Both the position numbers and the translations under genes were made by a program. Below the pieces are notes generated by a model. The model was not told the DNA's origin. It saw only the letters and a program-made list of their open reading frames with translations, and did not search any database. Shown piece by piece: positions 47,485 through 61,600 of a stretch of 64,000 nucleotides of DNA (the first letter of the stretch is position 1; every line of letters begins with the position of its first letter). The DNA is from Styela clava. Lineage: Eukaryota. The DNA lies in NCBI RefSeq assembly GCF_964204865.1, contig NC_135254.1:15252001-15316000 (forward strand), in the 5' to 3' direction.

Positions 47485-50400
47485 TTAAAATAGGATGTCT
47501 GTTGTTGAACTTGAATTGGTCACGTCGTCCCATGTTGCAGCATTATCATCTGGTGTGGCATCATTAGAAGTCGCTATTTCTTTTTCTGAAGATGTTGTTG
47601 ACACTGATTTCGAATCACTTGTATCTTCATCATCAAGTTCCTCAGATTTCATTGACAAAAGATATTTTGGTGTGTATTTTCCTATGGTGCTATCTTCTGT
47701 AGATACAAATATTTGAACAAATTTATTACAGGATTTAAATTTCAGAGTAGTTATATTTCCAACGAAAGAAAAAAAGAATGAAATGCGTCAGTACAATTTT
47801 AACATGCCACAGTACGCCATTTAAACCAGCAAACACATATTCTTGAATATCATTGGAAGTATATTTACATACCCAAACATACTAGTATCAAAAAGAAGCA
47901 TTCAAAGTTGGAAAAGCTGTATTATTTAATGATAGAATCAGGAAGAAGGTAACAGTTTATAACAGAGAACGAAAATCTTGTGCGAAGATTCAGTGTGGCT
48001 AAATTGACCAAACAAATGATGACAAAAGGAAAATAAAACACAATTACTATGAGAAATAAAACATAATGCACACTCGCCTTGTCGTCTTCGATACACAGGT
48101 ACAAGTTCTATCGATGTAAGAGTTGGATAGAAGAAGTGAAGAAATGGAGAGAGAGAGAGAGAAAAAATATAGGAAAGAGACAATTACTTATTAAAACCCA
48201 TCTAAGATTAGACTAACATATGGAGAGCGTCCAAAATAGTCGGTATATTACATTTAATTGAAATGCAATTACAATCATTCCGAAATTTCAGTTGAATCAG
48301 GAATTGAATGAAACCCTTGTGTTGTATGTCGTTATAAGCTATATCTTAACACAATGTCATTTAAACTGAACAAAAATATGGAATGGAACTTGATAAAACG
48401 TAGAATGGAGTGCTAATCATTTTTTCTCCAATTTCACCCCTGATTAAAATATTGATAGGAACCATATCTCGGCATTTTTACATATCAATATAGACTGTAT
48501 TACGGAACCCTATCAACAACAAATCAATTTGATTTAAAAAAAATGGCAACACATGCCCACTGGGCAATGCGAATTTATATTCCATTCATAATTTATATAT
48601 ATTCAGATTTCTTACTTCCAAATCCTGGTGCTTTCGTAACAGTATTCACTGTTGCTTTTGTTTCAAGAGCCAACAATGATCTTTCTGATGCATAAGTAAA
48701 TGTTTTCTCAAGGTCTTTATCTTCACAAAAAGATATTGATGAAACCTGGAAATATAAAAAGGTATTGAAACAGAATAAATCAAGCATACACAGAAAAAAA
48801 GCATGGGCCAAAACGGACTAACAAAATTGGCAGTCGACCACAGCTATCCTTCCATGGAAGCATATGAAAAGTAACTTTTACAGTTGTCTGACTATATACA
48901 TTTATAGCTTATTTTGAGTTCCTTTTTGCGAGATGCGCTTACGACATGGTCAATATGAGAGGAATAATTAAGGAAATTTATGCGAGGGAAAACAGCCAAA
49001 CTACAGCAACTCAAATATTACACACGAACGACCCAAGGATGCCCTTTAATCACGTAATGGATTTCTTAGTAATACAACTTATAATTAAACAGAAATATGC
49101 GTGACTTATGGACAAGAACGAATAAACAAACCTTGGTAAATTATTAATCTACTCGCTTAACAAATTTCGTCAAACTCTTCGCATATCATGTTGATTAGAC
49201 AGTGCTTAGAACACTGTCTTTAATTTTGTTACTGACCTCGCATCCCTCATTTATGTAAATTTGTTAAATGGTCTCTTTTATTTAACATCAAGTTGTTCAT
49301 AAAGCCATGGTGGCTGCATGGAATTATTGTATGATTGTTTCAGAAATTAACTATAAGCCAATGCTTATGTTTATTTTTTAGGGTCTATCAAGAAGATTGC
49401 CAATTACGCTAATGCGCATAGACAAACTTTTTTTCAGACTAGAAGTATCAACAAATACACGTCTGCTTACATATGTCTGCTTAAAAACCCATCTGTAAGA
49501 TTGTATTCTTGGGTCTTGACCATGAGAATAAGATAGGATTCTCATATTTATCATAGGGTAGATGAAAGCCGATAATACGATTTACTCATATGGCACCCCC
49601 CCCCCCCCTCTACATGACAGAAAACTGGTTATCCTCTGAAAAAGTCAGCTATTTTAACAGGTGGCGTGATCGCAATGTCTGTTTCAGAAGCTGCTGCATC
49701 AGAAATTTCCCATTCCGATTTTTGAAACTCCACGCTCAAAAAATGCTGGCTGCGTCCCATAACCAGCCAGTGGCTATCTAAGCCACCCTATGACAGGAGT
49801 GCAATGGTAAAAGTTAGCACGATGAGCCAACCACAGAACCTGAGATTTTGGCAGTTGGAGTTGAAAAAGGAAAAGTTTAATTTTCTGATTGTCAATATTT
49901 GCAAAAAAGAACAAATATGAAAGTATATATAATACATATAATAAGATGTACGAGTAAGAGTAAACATTTTCCGCCTGTCGTAAAAGTTGGCAATCAGCAA
50001 ATTTTGTCTTGATAGTAGTGAAATTTGATATAGCCTACTTTCATTTTGGTACAAGGTAATGCCCAGATTTATTAATCTTACCGATTTTTTTCTCTTTGTA
50101 TTCTTAATGAGGCATGATCTCTCAAGAGAGATGTACCCACCGATAACTGTGATTTGATCCACTGTGAGTTTCCTTTTTCCAGATTTTGCTGATTCAATGG
50201 AATCAGTTTCTGCAACGTTAGGCTTATTTCCAGGAACTATCATACGAGTGTTGCCAGATCCCTGTGTGAAATAAAGTAAGAAGACAAATTTTAAACACGT
50301 TATGTAATCAGGTGCCAAAAATTTTGCCCATCCAGACTGGCGGGCCATGCAAGTGTGACATGAAAAGTTACATTTTATGAACAATATTTACAGTGTTACA

Positions 50401-53400
50401 AAAGTAAAAGTAGAAAACAATGAGCCTCGCGCCAAAACTGAATTGAATAGCAATCTCAACAAATTCCTTGAGCTATTTTTTAACTAAATCAGCAAAATTT
50501 GGTTTTAGTTTGATTGTGGCAGCATCAGACATGCCAGATTAAATTACCCAACAGGCCGGATTTGGCCGTAGTTTGCTCATGCCAGGTATAGAATAACATT
50601 TATTATATACATTGTACATATTAGAGTGGTAACTAAAAAGAAGAAATCTAATTTAAGAATGATATGCTTTAATGTAAAATTTATCCAGTCCACAATTAAT
50701 ATAAAATTACAATATCTTTTATAAAACAACAGGCTATATTACTTCTCATTAATATACAAATATTCACTCATTCACTGTTCTATGATTAAAGCTTGTTTAA
50801 TTGTCTTCACATCTAAAAAGCCAAGTTATCCTCACAAAATGCCTGTCTATCCTGGTAGTGGTAGCACTAAAATATAATCAACAATCAACATAACTAACTC
50901 CACAAGTGAAAATTTGACTAAGAGACGTATATTCACAATTCAAACCATGAATATTTGATGAATTTTTTCTACGAGACTCGCAATTGTGGTTTACTAGTTA
51001 GCTACTGATAATAACCCAGTGCAAAATTACTTTTCCAACTGACTCACAACAGCAAAACACATATTGTTGACGGACATTCTGGTTTTCTGATCACAGCACT
51101 ACCTATCACAACCAATGTCTAACTAGTATACTGCTGTCCGATACAAATTCTATATATGCTCTTTTGCTAAATAATTAACTAATTTATGGTTAACCCCATT
51201 TGTTTGATATCATGTTATCAGTGGTTGGCACCACGTGCCACATACTTTAAGTACTATTGTACATAACATATGTGTTTGCAGTTCATCAACGAGACAGCTA
51301 CAGCTTAAGGTACAACTATAATGGAAATTTGGGTGAAAAGGTATTAAACAACATTTTATTAAACGGTAAATCTTATGCTGAGGACTAGTTTCGGGATCAA
51401 AGTTATTCTGTTTAGAAAATTGAATAAAAGTGATAGATATGAGGGTGTATTTTTGACTACATATACATGAAATTTTTAGAAATAACAGGATCTAAAACTG
51501 AAGTATGGCATTGTGGAAGATTACTAGAAAGCATTAAAAAAATATTTTTTTAAAACTTATTGCTGTAATTTTAAGTTGTATTAATAGTACATGATTTTTA
51601 CGCAAATGAGAAATATATTAAAATTTTCACTAAATTAATGCTTTTTTCAAAATTGAATAAAATTTTTTCAATTCAGAATCACTTTCTGTAAGTTACATTA
51701 TCAGAACAATCATACCGTCAGGGAAATATGTATGAAAAGACTTACTGACAAATTTATAATTTTGTACCATGAACCCATCAAATTTCTGTTCTGCAGTGTC
51801 AAATATTATAAAACCATGCCATACATACCTTTACAATATTGGTTGGTGGTGGAACAGGTGCAGCAGCAGATTTACGAAATTTGCTTGGATCAATTGTGAA
51901 ACTTTTTCCACGACTTGATCCCGATGTTGACGAAGGAAATCTAGAACCAAATGACGCAGGCTTTTGCACAGATTCTGTTTTAGGGATAACGGATATTGTA
52001 TTGGAATTAGTCCTGTTTGTAAACATAGTCGAAGGTTTATGAATATCATTCGAATTAGATGGTGATGGAATGGTAGCGATTGATTTTTTCTTCTCTTCCT
52101 TAAAAATTACAATATCCTTCCTTGGTTCGGTTGGTGAAATTGGTAATGATGCCACAGGTGTGATAACGAGATTCGTTTCGTTAAGAATATCGTCAATTGA
52201 TGTTGAAGGCAGATCACCTTCGGGTGGGGCCTTCACATAACCCCCAACAGGTTCTTGTGATGGCAAATCCTTTTTGGGTGAATCCTTAACCCATGACTTA
52301 TTAACTGGTTCTGGTGATGGTAGATCGTATTGGGTGGGACTTTTCACCCAAGGTTTGACGGGTTCTTGTAAGGGTGGGGCTTTCGTGTGAGACTTCACAA
52401 GTTCTTGTGATGGCAATTCATCCCTGGGTTGATTTGTTACCCAAGACTTTGTAGGTTCTGGTGTTGACTCTTTATTTTCCATAATATGAATTTCCTTTTC
52501 AACGCTCAATCTTTTTGCAGGGATTGGTTTATGATTTTTTTCTGATGCTGTTGAAACTTTTGTCATAGTTTTGGTGGGTGTGGCCGTAGCTAATTCTGGT
52601 TCATTTTGAGGAAACTGTTTTCTAGCCCTTGACGGGGTAATTTTTAAAGTTTTTGAAGTCATCATGAGTTTATTAGCTTTAATTGCCAATTTACTTTTCA
52701 ATGTTGATTCATCGAGAGATTCGTGTACAATTTTCATGAATTCATTTTCCCCTTTGCCATACTTTTTTACATACGGTGGATGACTTTGTACAGAGCTATT
52801 ATTTTCTTTCATTGTTGAGGGCTTAATTTGAACTTTTGGTTTTTGGCTTTCTACAGATGGCTTTATAATAATCTCTTTCTTAGGAGGCTCATATTTCGGG
52901 ATTGTTTGCATATTCTCTGGCTTATGAGCTTCATTTGCCTGCGTTTTGGCACCTTGACGATAAGATGTAAAGTTGCTTTTATCTTGCAGTTTTGGTTTCT
53001 GGATTTCCTTTGCATTACTAGTCTGCTCTACAGTACTTCCGCTAGAATGTAGAGTTTCACCATTTTTCAAATCCGTGTGTTTTTTTAGAGAAGTGACACT
53101 GTATGGAGCATGCTGTGGTTCTGTTTTGACAGTGGTGCGTACAAAATTTGTGTTATCCTCTCTAGCGCTGTGTAGCTTTGATAAATCGTCATTGAATGAG
53201 CTGGTGTCTTTATTTTTTGTTTCAATTTCATTTGAAACATCTGGTTTAGAAGCCGCTGGTTCAGTTTTTGTTGGCGATACAACATGCTTTGGACTGGTCG
53301 GGGCTGATACTTTACGAATGGGGACATTAACATGATGAAAACCGTGATCAGTACTTGACATAGCTTGCTTGGAAAATGGCTTGGCGGAGGATATAAGAAG

Positions 53401-55692
53401 TGGTGATAGCATATCTGTTGGCATTGTGGATTTTACAGTATCCTGTGATTCTAAATTTTGTGTTTTCTTTTCAACAATCACTGTTGGGTAAGGTTCAATA
53501 TGTGTCAATGTTGTTGGTGATTTAACAACTTCAGAACTTTTTGATCTTTGATAAGTTGGAATGTGATAGGTTTTAGTCTTTTGTTGTTGGTCAGATTTAT
53601 CAGTTTGAAAGCGTCCTAGAAGTTTATGTACGATCCCCACTTTTGGATATTCCTTCGTTTCGTCCGTTGCAAAAACAGATTCAGAATTGTTGTTAGATGT
53701 TACTTCATTGTTGACAGACTGAAAAATATAACAATAACATTAGAGTCACTTCAAGGAAAAAAAAGTTGGGCTGCATTGAAATATAAACAAAATAATTGCT
53801 GAGCTTATTCAGTTTTATTATAAGAAATCTAAAGTAGCGCTACTGATTTGGTTTCTGTTGGACTGACTACTTATCCTTCTTCTATGCTTTTGAGCCGGTG
53901 GATCTGTATGCAAATAATGCAAGGAGGCTATAGCAAGATTGAAGATATCTATCTAAATTACACTACAAATTTACAAATATATTTGTAGATCTGTTTTTTT
54001 GTTTTGTCAATATTGTTTGTAATTTTAGGATAATTTCATTCGAGAAAATTGATGCCATCTACACCAAATATTAATAAACAAGAGTGAATAAATGACATCT
54101 AGTTCAGTAGCTAACCATTACATAATAGCGAAATGATCTGGGTCAGCTACAGCATTATCTCTTCCCAATCATGTGTGATAGATTTAATAAAAACAGACCT
54201 TTTGTCAGTAACAGTTGAAAAATCGTAGCCAATGTAAATTTGATCAAATTATTTATATTCTTTTTTATTCAATCACACAATGTTTATCAAGTCATGAATA
54301 CATTTATCTGAATTTGAAATATCATGGAGACCAGGTAATATAAACTTAAAACGGTGCTCCCGAAGTATGCGAACCAAGATGGCGGACATCGGAACGTAAC
54401 ATGGGAAACAGGTTAGGGTTAGGCGATAATTAGTCCTAGTATCAGTTCGAAGACTAGCCAAGAGCATCTCGTAGTATTTATACCTAAAGTTATGGCCTAA
54501 CCCTAACCTAGTACACATATTACATTCCGATGTCCGTCATCTTGGTTTGCATACTTTGGGATCCCCCTTTAAACAATACCTTATCCTCATTCTCAATAAT
54601 AATTATATTGTCAACAGAAGTTATGTTGATTGGATTAGTTGTTGCTATTTCTGGAGACAAAGATTTGTTGGGAGGAGTTGATGAATATTTCGGTCGATGC
54701 TGCTTCTCGTGTACTAAGAATATATTGTCTGAGACCTGGACAAAAAAAGGTTATAAGTAATTAGCACTAGTTTTATAAAAAAATCACAATCATAGCTAAA
54801 AAAAAAAAAAAATTCACGATCACAGCTATGCTTCAATGTAAATTATTGTAAAAATGGTCGCATCAGCAGATTTGACAATGTTGCAAAGTATTTTATACAA
54901 TCATCAGATTCAAAAACATAATGACCATAAAAAGAGACCTACCGTACTTTATTTTGAAAATAACTTTTGTGCAAAGCGTCCTAGATTACTGAAACTATTT
55001 GGTGATTGTAATCATACACAAATAGAAGTTCGAGTGCTAAATAAATTTTCGTAGAAGTAATTAAGAAATTTATGGATTTTGTTTTTTACGAGGGTCACCC
55101 TGTATAATTCACATATAGCCTTGATTGTAAAGAATTCACTTGATTGAATTACCGAAACAAAAGAAAGTTGTAAATCAACATGACAACTTTATTGCCTTAT
55201 CAGTAATCTGTTAAGAATGTATTACATGGTATCCAATGAGATAAATCATGAATGATGTTGTTATTAGAAACCCACAAAGATTTATTGTTCATAATGAATA
55301 ATAATATAATGATAATTTGACAAATGAGAACAGTGACTTATTTTGAACTAAAATTCTCTGCGTCTGGGCATATGGAAATACGAGGGATAAACCAAATCTC
55401 CCAGTCCCGACTCCCAACTACATTAAATACTTGGCCTTTTCCAAGTGAAAGAGAATTGATAAACATTGGCAAAGTAATACAAAATACTGGTAATATTAAA
55501 CAGAACCGTTCACTCTTTTTAGGTTACAATCTTAAAATTTTTATTTTCATTTTCCAACCATATATATACTACATACATATAATATAAACTTACTTTAGGT
55601 ATGTGTTCTTCTAAAATATCAGTCTGATCTTCATTCATTCTCTGATTCTTAGAATGGATTCTTTTCAAGAGCTCTCGTTTCCACAAGGGAAC
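47485..55692 (-). CDS. TPRN: Taperin/phostensin (TPRN/PPP1R18) family protein; start exon not located
   Basis: Exons 55692-55594, 54735-54580, 53718-51829, 50261-50082, 48745-48616, 47696-47485, phase-consistent. N-terminal VPLWKRELLKR, VSDNIFL and VDNIIIIE; C-terminal ITVIGGYISLERSCL.K, ISF....LEKTFTYASERSL, GKYTPK and terminal DILF match the phostensin domains. Confidence 0.85.
54353..54567. mobile_element. Palindromic MITE (25885 family) in a taperin intron
   Basis: GGTGCTCCCGAAGTATGCGAACCAAGATGGCGGACATCGG ... CCGATGTCCGTCATCTTGGTTTGCATACTT. Confidence 0.75.
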
Positions 55693-58600
55693 CTGTGTTA
55701 CAAAGAAGATACAATACACATTTAAGCCTGCAATAAGGAACAATATAGAATGATGCATCTCTATTAAAGGTTGGATGATTCAAGCGACTGACTGATAAAA
55801 AAAATTAACCCTTTGATACACAGGTACTCATTTGATGCCCAATAGAAACCAAATGTTAAATAACAAACACCATTTTATATTAGCTTGTTTATTTATTTAT
55901 ATTATATTTTTGACAAAGCTATATTAGGTCTGACAAATCTGATGTATCCAAACTAAAAAGTACCGGTATATTAAAGGGTTCATTATATGTTCTTATATCC
56001 ACGCAAATATGATATTATATCATCCCACATGGTAATTACTTTTTGCTATTGCAAGAAGCTGAGAAGGAAATTGGCCTGCATACCATTCAATAATATATTA
56101 ACATTGATTGCGTAAAGATATACATAATATTGCTTTGGTGGTTTTAAAATAATAGAATAAATAAATTTTGAGCGCTTGGTCGACAGGGTTGTTCATGTTT
56201 TCACACATGACTGTTTGAAAAAGAAATATGATTAAATGAAACAATTGCACCTACTCATGATTTTGTGAAATATTTTTAAAATTTTTTCACAATACATATA
56301 AGCAGATTTACGGAATGATCTGGATTTTACACAATCGACAATGCATTTTACGCCCATAAGATAGATTAATACATATAGGCAATTTACTCAGAGAAACCTT
56401 GGGTTTTCATTTGAATTTATATGCATATACACTGCCATGCATGAGTAATTGATAAATGTTACTAAACATCCTTATATGTACCATAAACAGCTAAAATTTA
56501 TGAAGCAGTAATAAGTCTCAGACAGTAAACCATAAATAGTTCATGTAATCATGTTTCACCCTCATTTATTACAATTAGGACAGGGTGCCTGTCTTCTAAG
56601 TCAAGTTAATTTAGTGAAGATCCTAATAACTTTGGGACTAAAGATATTTATAAAAACCATAGCCTTACACAATTTAGTTGAATAAATATCTATATATATT
56701 TTATTTAAAGTTACAAGTTTCGGAACTTATGGCTGAATCACATTGGTGTAGCTCAATAAGTAGATATGTATAACTTTTGGAAATATTTCAGAATGTAACA
56801 ATAATATTAACTTTTCAAGTAGACTACCGGTACATTTTGTTGGTAACCAGAGCCTTGTTCGGAGCAAAACATGTATAAATATGACTATAAATAAGAGACT
56901 AACTAAACTGGCAATGACAAGATAAGAGGTCCGGATAGTAATAACTTTTCAGTAAAACTACGCTCTATCATCATGTCCCTAACTTACTCAGAGAGTATTA
57001 ACATCGCATATTGCATCCTATATTTTGGAAGCCAAATTTCAACAATTGAGTTTAAGGAAATATTATTATTTTCGATTGAAACCAAAACAATTTAATGATA
57101 AACACATCCACTGCTCCCAAGTCATTTCCCCGAATATTCTCAGAAGTAGACATAAACAAATAATTCGCCTGAGTACTGTATATTTCAAAAGGAAGTCTTT
57201 ATATTATCCGCAACACAGCCGAAACATTAAAAAACGGCAGAGAAGAGCAAAACAAGTTTATCAGAAGTTAAAACCGTCAAAATTACCTCGACACATCAAC
57301 AACGAATTAATTCTGCACCCCAGAAACCTAGACGACGAAATGAGTTAATTCACCAAGGACGAATTGTGTGCGTCAAATCGATACGACGGGCGAAATTAAC
57401 AAGCCTTTAAATTGGCTATACAACAAATCAATATCGAGAGTGAATTGACAATTTCTTAACTTTGTAACACCTGCTGACTTACTGTTGGTGATTTAATTTT
57501 AAAAATGAATGGAAATCCTATTCGTTCCGGAAATATTATCACAGTGGGCTATGATACCGTGTATAAAAAGATTAGTCAAATTCTCCTCGATATGGGTCAC
57601 AATCATAATTGGATACAATGTAACATGGAATACTCACACTAGGACACCATGATGCGCTAAATTTATCTCTACGTGAGGCGAAACCACCAAGACAACGACG
57701 GTAGGTTCATTTAATCACCGTTTTGAAAAGATTTAAGATGAGAATTTGACGTCTTCAGCTATTATGAATCACAATTCATGCGTTTGCGGCGTTAAGAATG
57801 AAATTCTTATATGTGTCAAAGTACGAAAACGACACAGCGAACAATAACGATTATGAAAAATCACCAATTTAATTGCATGCAAACGTTGACCTCATTATGC
57901 ACGTTGACAGTGGAATACGAGAATTATATCATCGCTCGCAAAAAAACAACAACATACAAATGCATTGCAAGCATACGAATAAAACTATGCTTCGCTAGGC
58001 GTTTGAAAGACAAAAATAGCAAATTAAAGTAGACGAATTTCTTATTTTGGATTCCACATTCGTCTGACAATTAAACTATAAAATAATAGATACCTTGCTA
58101 ACTTGAATTGAAAAATATTTAAATGTCTTTATCTTCCTGCTTGCAAATTATACAAACACAGTATCATTATCTTTCTGCTTGCAAATAATACAAACGCTAT
58201 CCAAAAGGCGTATGAAAGACATGAACAATCAAGCCGGAAACTACCACGCTACTATGTCATGAGGTGATTTTTATCCTCGTCTTCAGCTATATACATTTAA
58301 AAAGATTCGTAAATCTCATTGATATACAGCGTAATTCAAAACTTTAAAATGTATTTCAAGGACTATGCACACATAAATTTCACTTGAATTACAAGTATTT
58401 CCGAATGCGATATGACCTATACACAATAAGCATCTTAATTATCCCATTTGGCACTGCCGCAAGATACGTCTGCCAAAGTTATATTTATCTGGTTTTTAAC
58501 TTTAAATAAGTACGCTATTCAGAACAGGATTGGTCGTAGTAAATGTCATACCAATTGGCCATATCTGGCGAATGTATAAATCTTCGCACATACAAGTTGT

Positions 58601-61600
58601 TGCCATATTACGAAAGCAAAGCACGATTCGATTGAGACCGAGACACGGACAATACAGGAAGGATATATAAAATTTAGTGATAGGTTGGACTTCCTGCCTC
58701 GTTTATTTGTGTAAGTAATGCTTACTCGAAAATAAAATGTGGACATCTTAGTTTAGTCGAAGATTATTATAACCGAAAAAGCACTAGTTTTGCTTGTTAC
58801 ATGAATCACGCAATTCTCCCAGTCTTTTGCATAAAGTATAATGATGACAAATTTCATTTTCACATTCTTGTTATTTTCATTTCGTTGCACAAAGGACATT
58901 TAAAAGTCCTCAGTATAAACAAGAAAGTAATGCTCAAATATATGGACACGATAGCAAAACGAAATAGTACGGTATGAAATCTGCCACGGTAGACTACCGG
59001 TACCAGTCTCCGCGACTTCGCCTGACCACCAGAACGCAACAAACGCGGAGCCGCCACAAGTTTAAGTTTGATTACGTCATCGCACACAAAAAACGAATCC
59101 CACCAAGCCAACAGAAATTTTTGACATAAAGTAATAGACTTCTGGCGACAATCTTTAACCACTGCACTTTTCAAAGCAGTTGACCCTGTAGTTGATGAGA
59201 GATTTTTTACAACATGAAAAAGAAAAGAAATACAAACAAGATGAATAACAACATTACAGCAAAACAATCCATAGGTCCATTTCGTGTCTAATAAATACAC
59301 AATAAAAGCGTGGTATTTAAATCCGCGAAAATCTAATATATCTTCAACATATACCAATTACAAATTACTGTACCTCATGCTCTTTCGTATAAGCTACACT
59401 GCGCTTCGTGATTAAAATCTTCTTATTCAATGAAATGAATATAGCGAAAGAGATTGCGTTGCATTTTTAGAGTGAGAAATTTGAGAATTCCTAAATAATT
59501 TATTGCTCAGACGCCTAAAATTGCACGTGATAAATAAGGAGGTCTTGATTTTCGTTTTGACTTTGCTGTAACCTGGATACTTTTAAGACGAGCTAGAGCT
59601 AGCTAGAGAGTTGGGGAAATAAATCGCCCCCAGAGACGACCAAACTATTCAGGATAACACGTGAACGAGAGCACAAAGCAGTCAATTTTACGGACCACGG
59701 AACTTGATAGCCTTGATCACGGGTGTGACGTTAATAAAAATCGAAATTGCCAGACAAGGAGAAAGGGAAGCGAGTTGTATTGAATATATAATCAGTGCTA
59801 ACTGGGTTTGCATAGCATGCAAAAGAAAATAAATGACGGCCAATCAAAGCAATATACAATCTATCGCAACACTTTTAGGATATCTGGCTGTTCAAGCCGC
59901 TATAGCCAACAGGAAAGCGTAAAAATGTATCACGACAACACCATCATTTATTGGTAGTAATTTAAAAATAATATTGAAATGCGCTTGAATTTCCCTTGAA
60001 ACATCGACAATCAAAAGAATCAATCAAAAACGGCCGTCTAATATTCCCATGGCTAGCCTACCAAAGAGTTTTGTTCAGAAACTAAAGTACAACCTGATCC
60101 AGGACAAATCGACGACTACCCACAGAAAGTCATATGAGATTGAAAATTATATTCTATCAAAAATAATATTTGCCGGAAGCGAGGCCTCGAGTACTGTAAC
60201 ACGCTTTTGCGGTGGACATTGTCGGGGCAAACTATTTCATCGGTGTCTACCAATTTCACAAGACTGGCAACCGCGACAATATAAAACCGGACAAAAAAAA
60301 TTATGATATCCCAAGTATCTTTCAGAGATGAAGTTTTTTCCGGGATTACAAACATTGAATAGCATGTACAATTAAGCTTACCGATCGCTGTTCGATTTGA
60401 AAAAATCCATCTCTTCGTAAAAATAGGAAAACCCTCTTCCTACTTCACTAGCCGAGCACAATTCCTTTCTAACAGTATTACTCACGCGAAGAGCCGACAC
60501 CCGCAATTACCCAAAACGTCGTTTTTTCCTTTCGCTTTGTCCAGCAAACCTTTTTCGTCATCGAAATCACTGTTTTGTAAGTACCGGTACGTTAAATAAC
60601 CGCCTCCGTCGTTTTCGTCTAGTCTAATAATGGCTTTCCCCTTGGTTTTTCTCCCAAGCTAGTAATTAAGCACTCGGCAAAATAGAAACAGCATATTTAT
60701 CGGCTAAGCCATCTGCCGGTACTCGCAATATCAAATCAAAATACTCGCAATATCAAATCCAAATATAGCTGGAAATGTACTGGTTAAAACTACATGTAAA
60801 ATATTCCGCATTGCATAGTTAACATCAAATAGGATCGCTCTACACGCTGTTGACAATGCTATACCACGTTAACCGTACAATAATAGTAAATGACACGTAT
60901 TTTCATAGAGTATAGCTTATCGCTCAGGTATGCTAAAATGAAACCTTTTTTGGGACGGGGTTGAGTGCGGGTATGATAAGGTTGTTTGGTGCGTAAATCG
61001 TTGCGTATTTACCTAATAAAACAAAATGAAAGTGTGCTTTAGTAAACAAACAACCAAATAATGAGGTCTGAGAGCCCGTTGACATGCTAACATTCCTGGT
61101 ATACTTTCAAGCCATTAGAATCAAATAAACCGATGGCATAACATCGGTATGAGAGAAATACCGAAAGTGAACAGGCAATACACCAATCTTGTTATCAAAT
61201 ACACCAGTCTTGTTATCAAACAATTCACGAATACCTAAATGCCTAACCATTCCAGCCCATCTCTAACTCTGTGGAGTGACTGAAGCGATTGTAATCTCCT
61301 AGTTATTTAAGAGTGCAAATTAAGTTATTAATTACAGGTTTGTCGAATAGAGCCGTTCAAATTGGAACTTAAATACCCGAAGTTTGAAGCACTCGGAAAC
61401 TATCGTGTCGCGAAGGTGTTACACGATAATTGCTAAGCTTTGGTTTTTATCTCTTAATCCCACTGATCCAAAATCCAATGCGTTATTTGATTGGTGTTGC
61501 TGAAATCAGCGCTAGCGCGAATCAAGTGAGAATATATTTATATGTGACTAGGGCCTGTTTGCTAAATTACTCAATCAGAAACATCAAAAATCGAAGGTAT

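Noticed and set aside
60382-60720. First coding exon of the taperin-like gene (ATG at 60410, donor at 60381)
   Set aside because: CpG-rich with a good donor, but the ATG frame ends in phase 2 while exon 55692 needs phase 0. It may be a 5' UTR exon and is not supportable as CDS.
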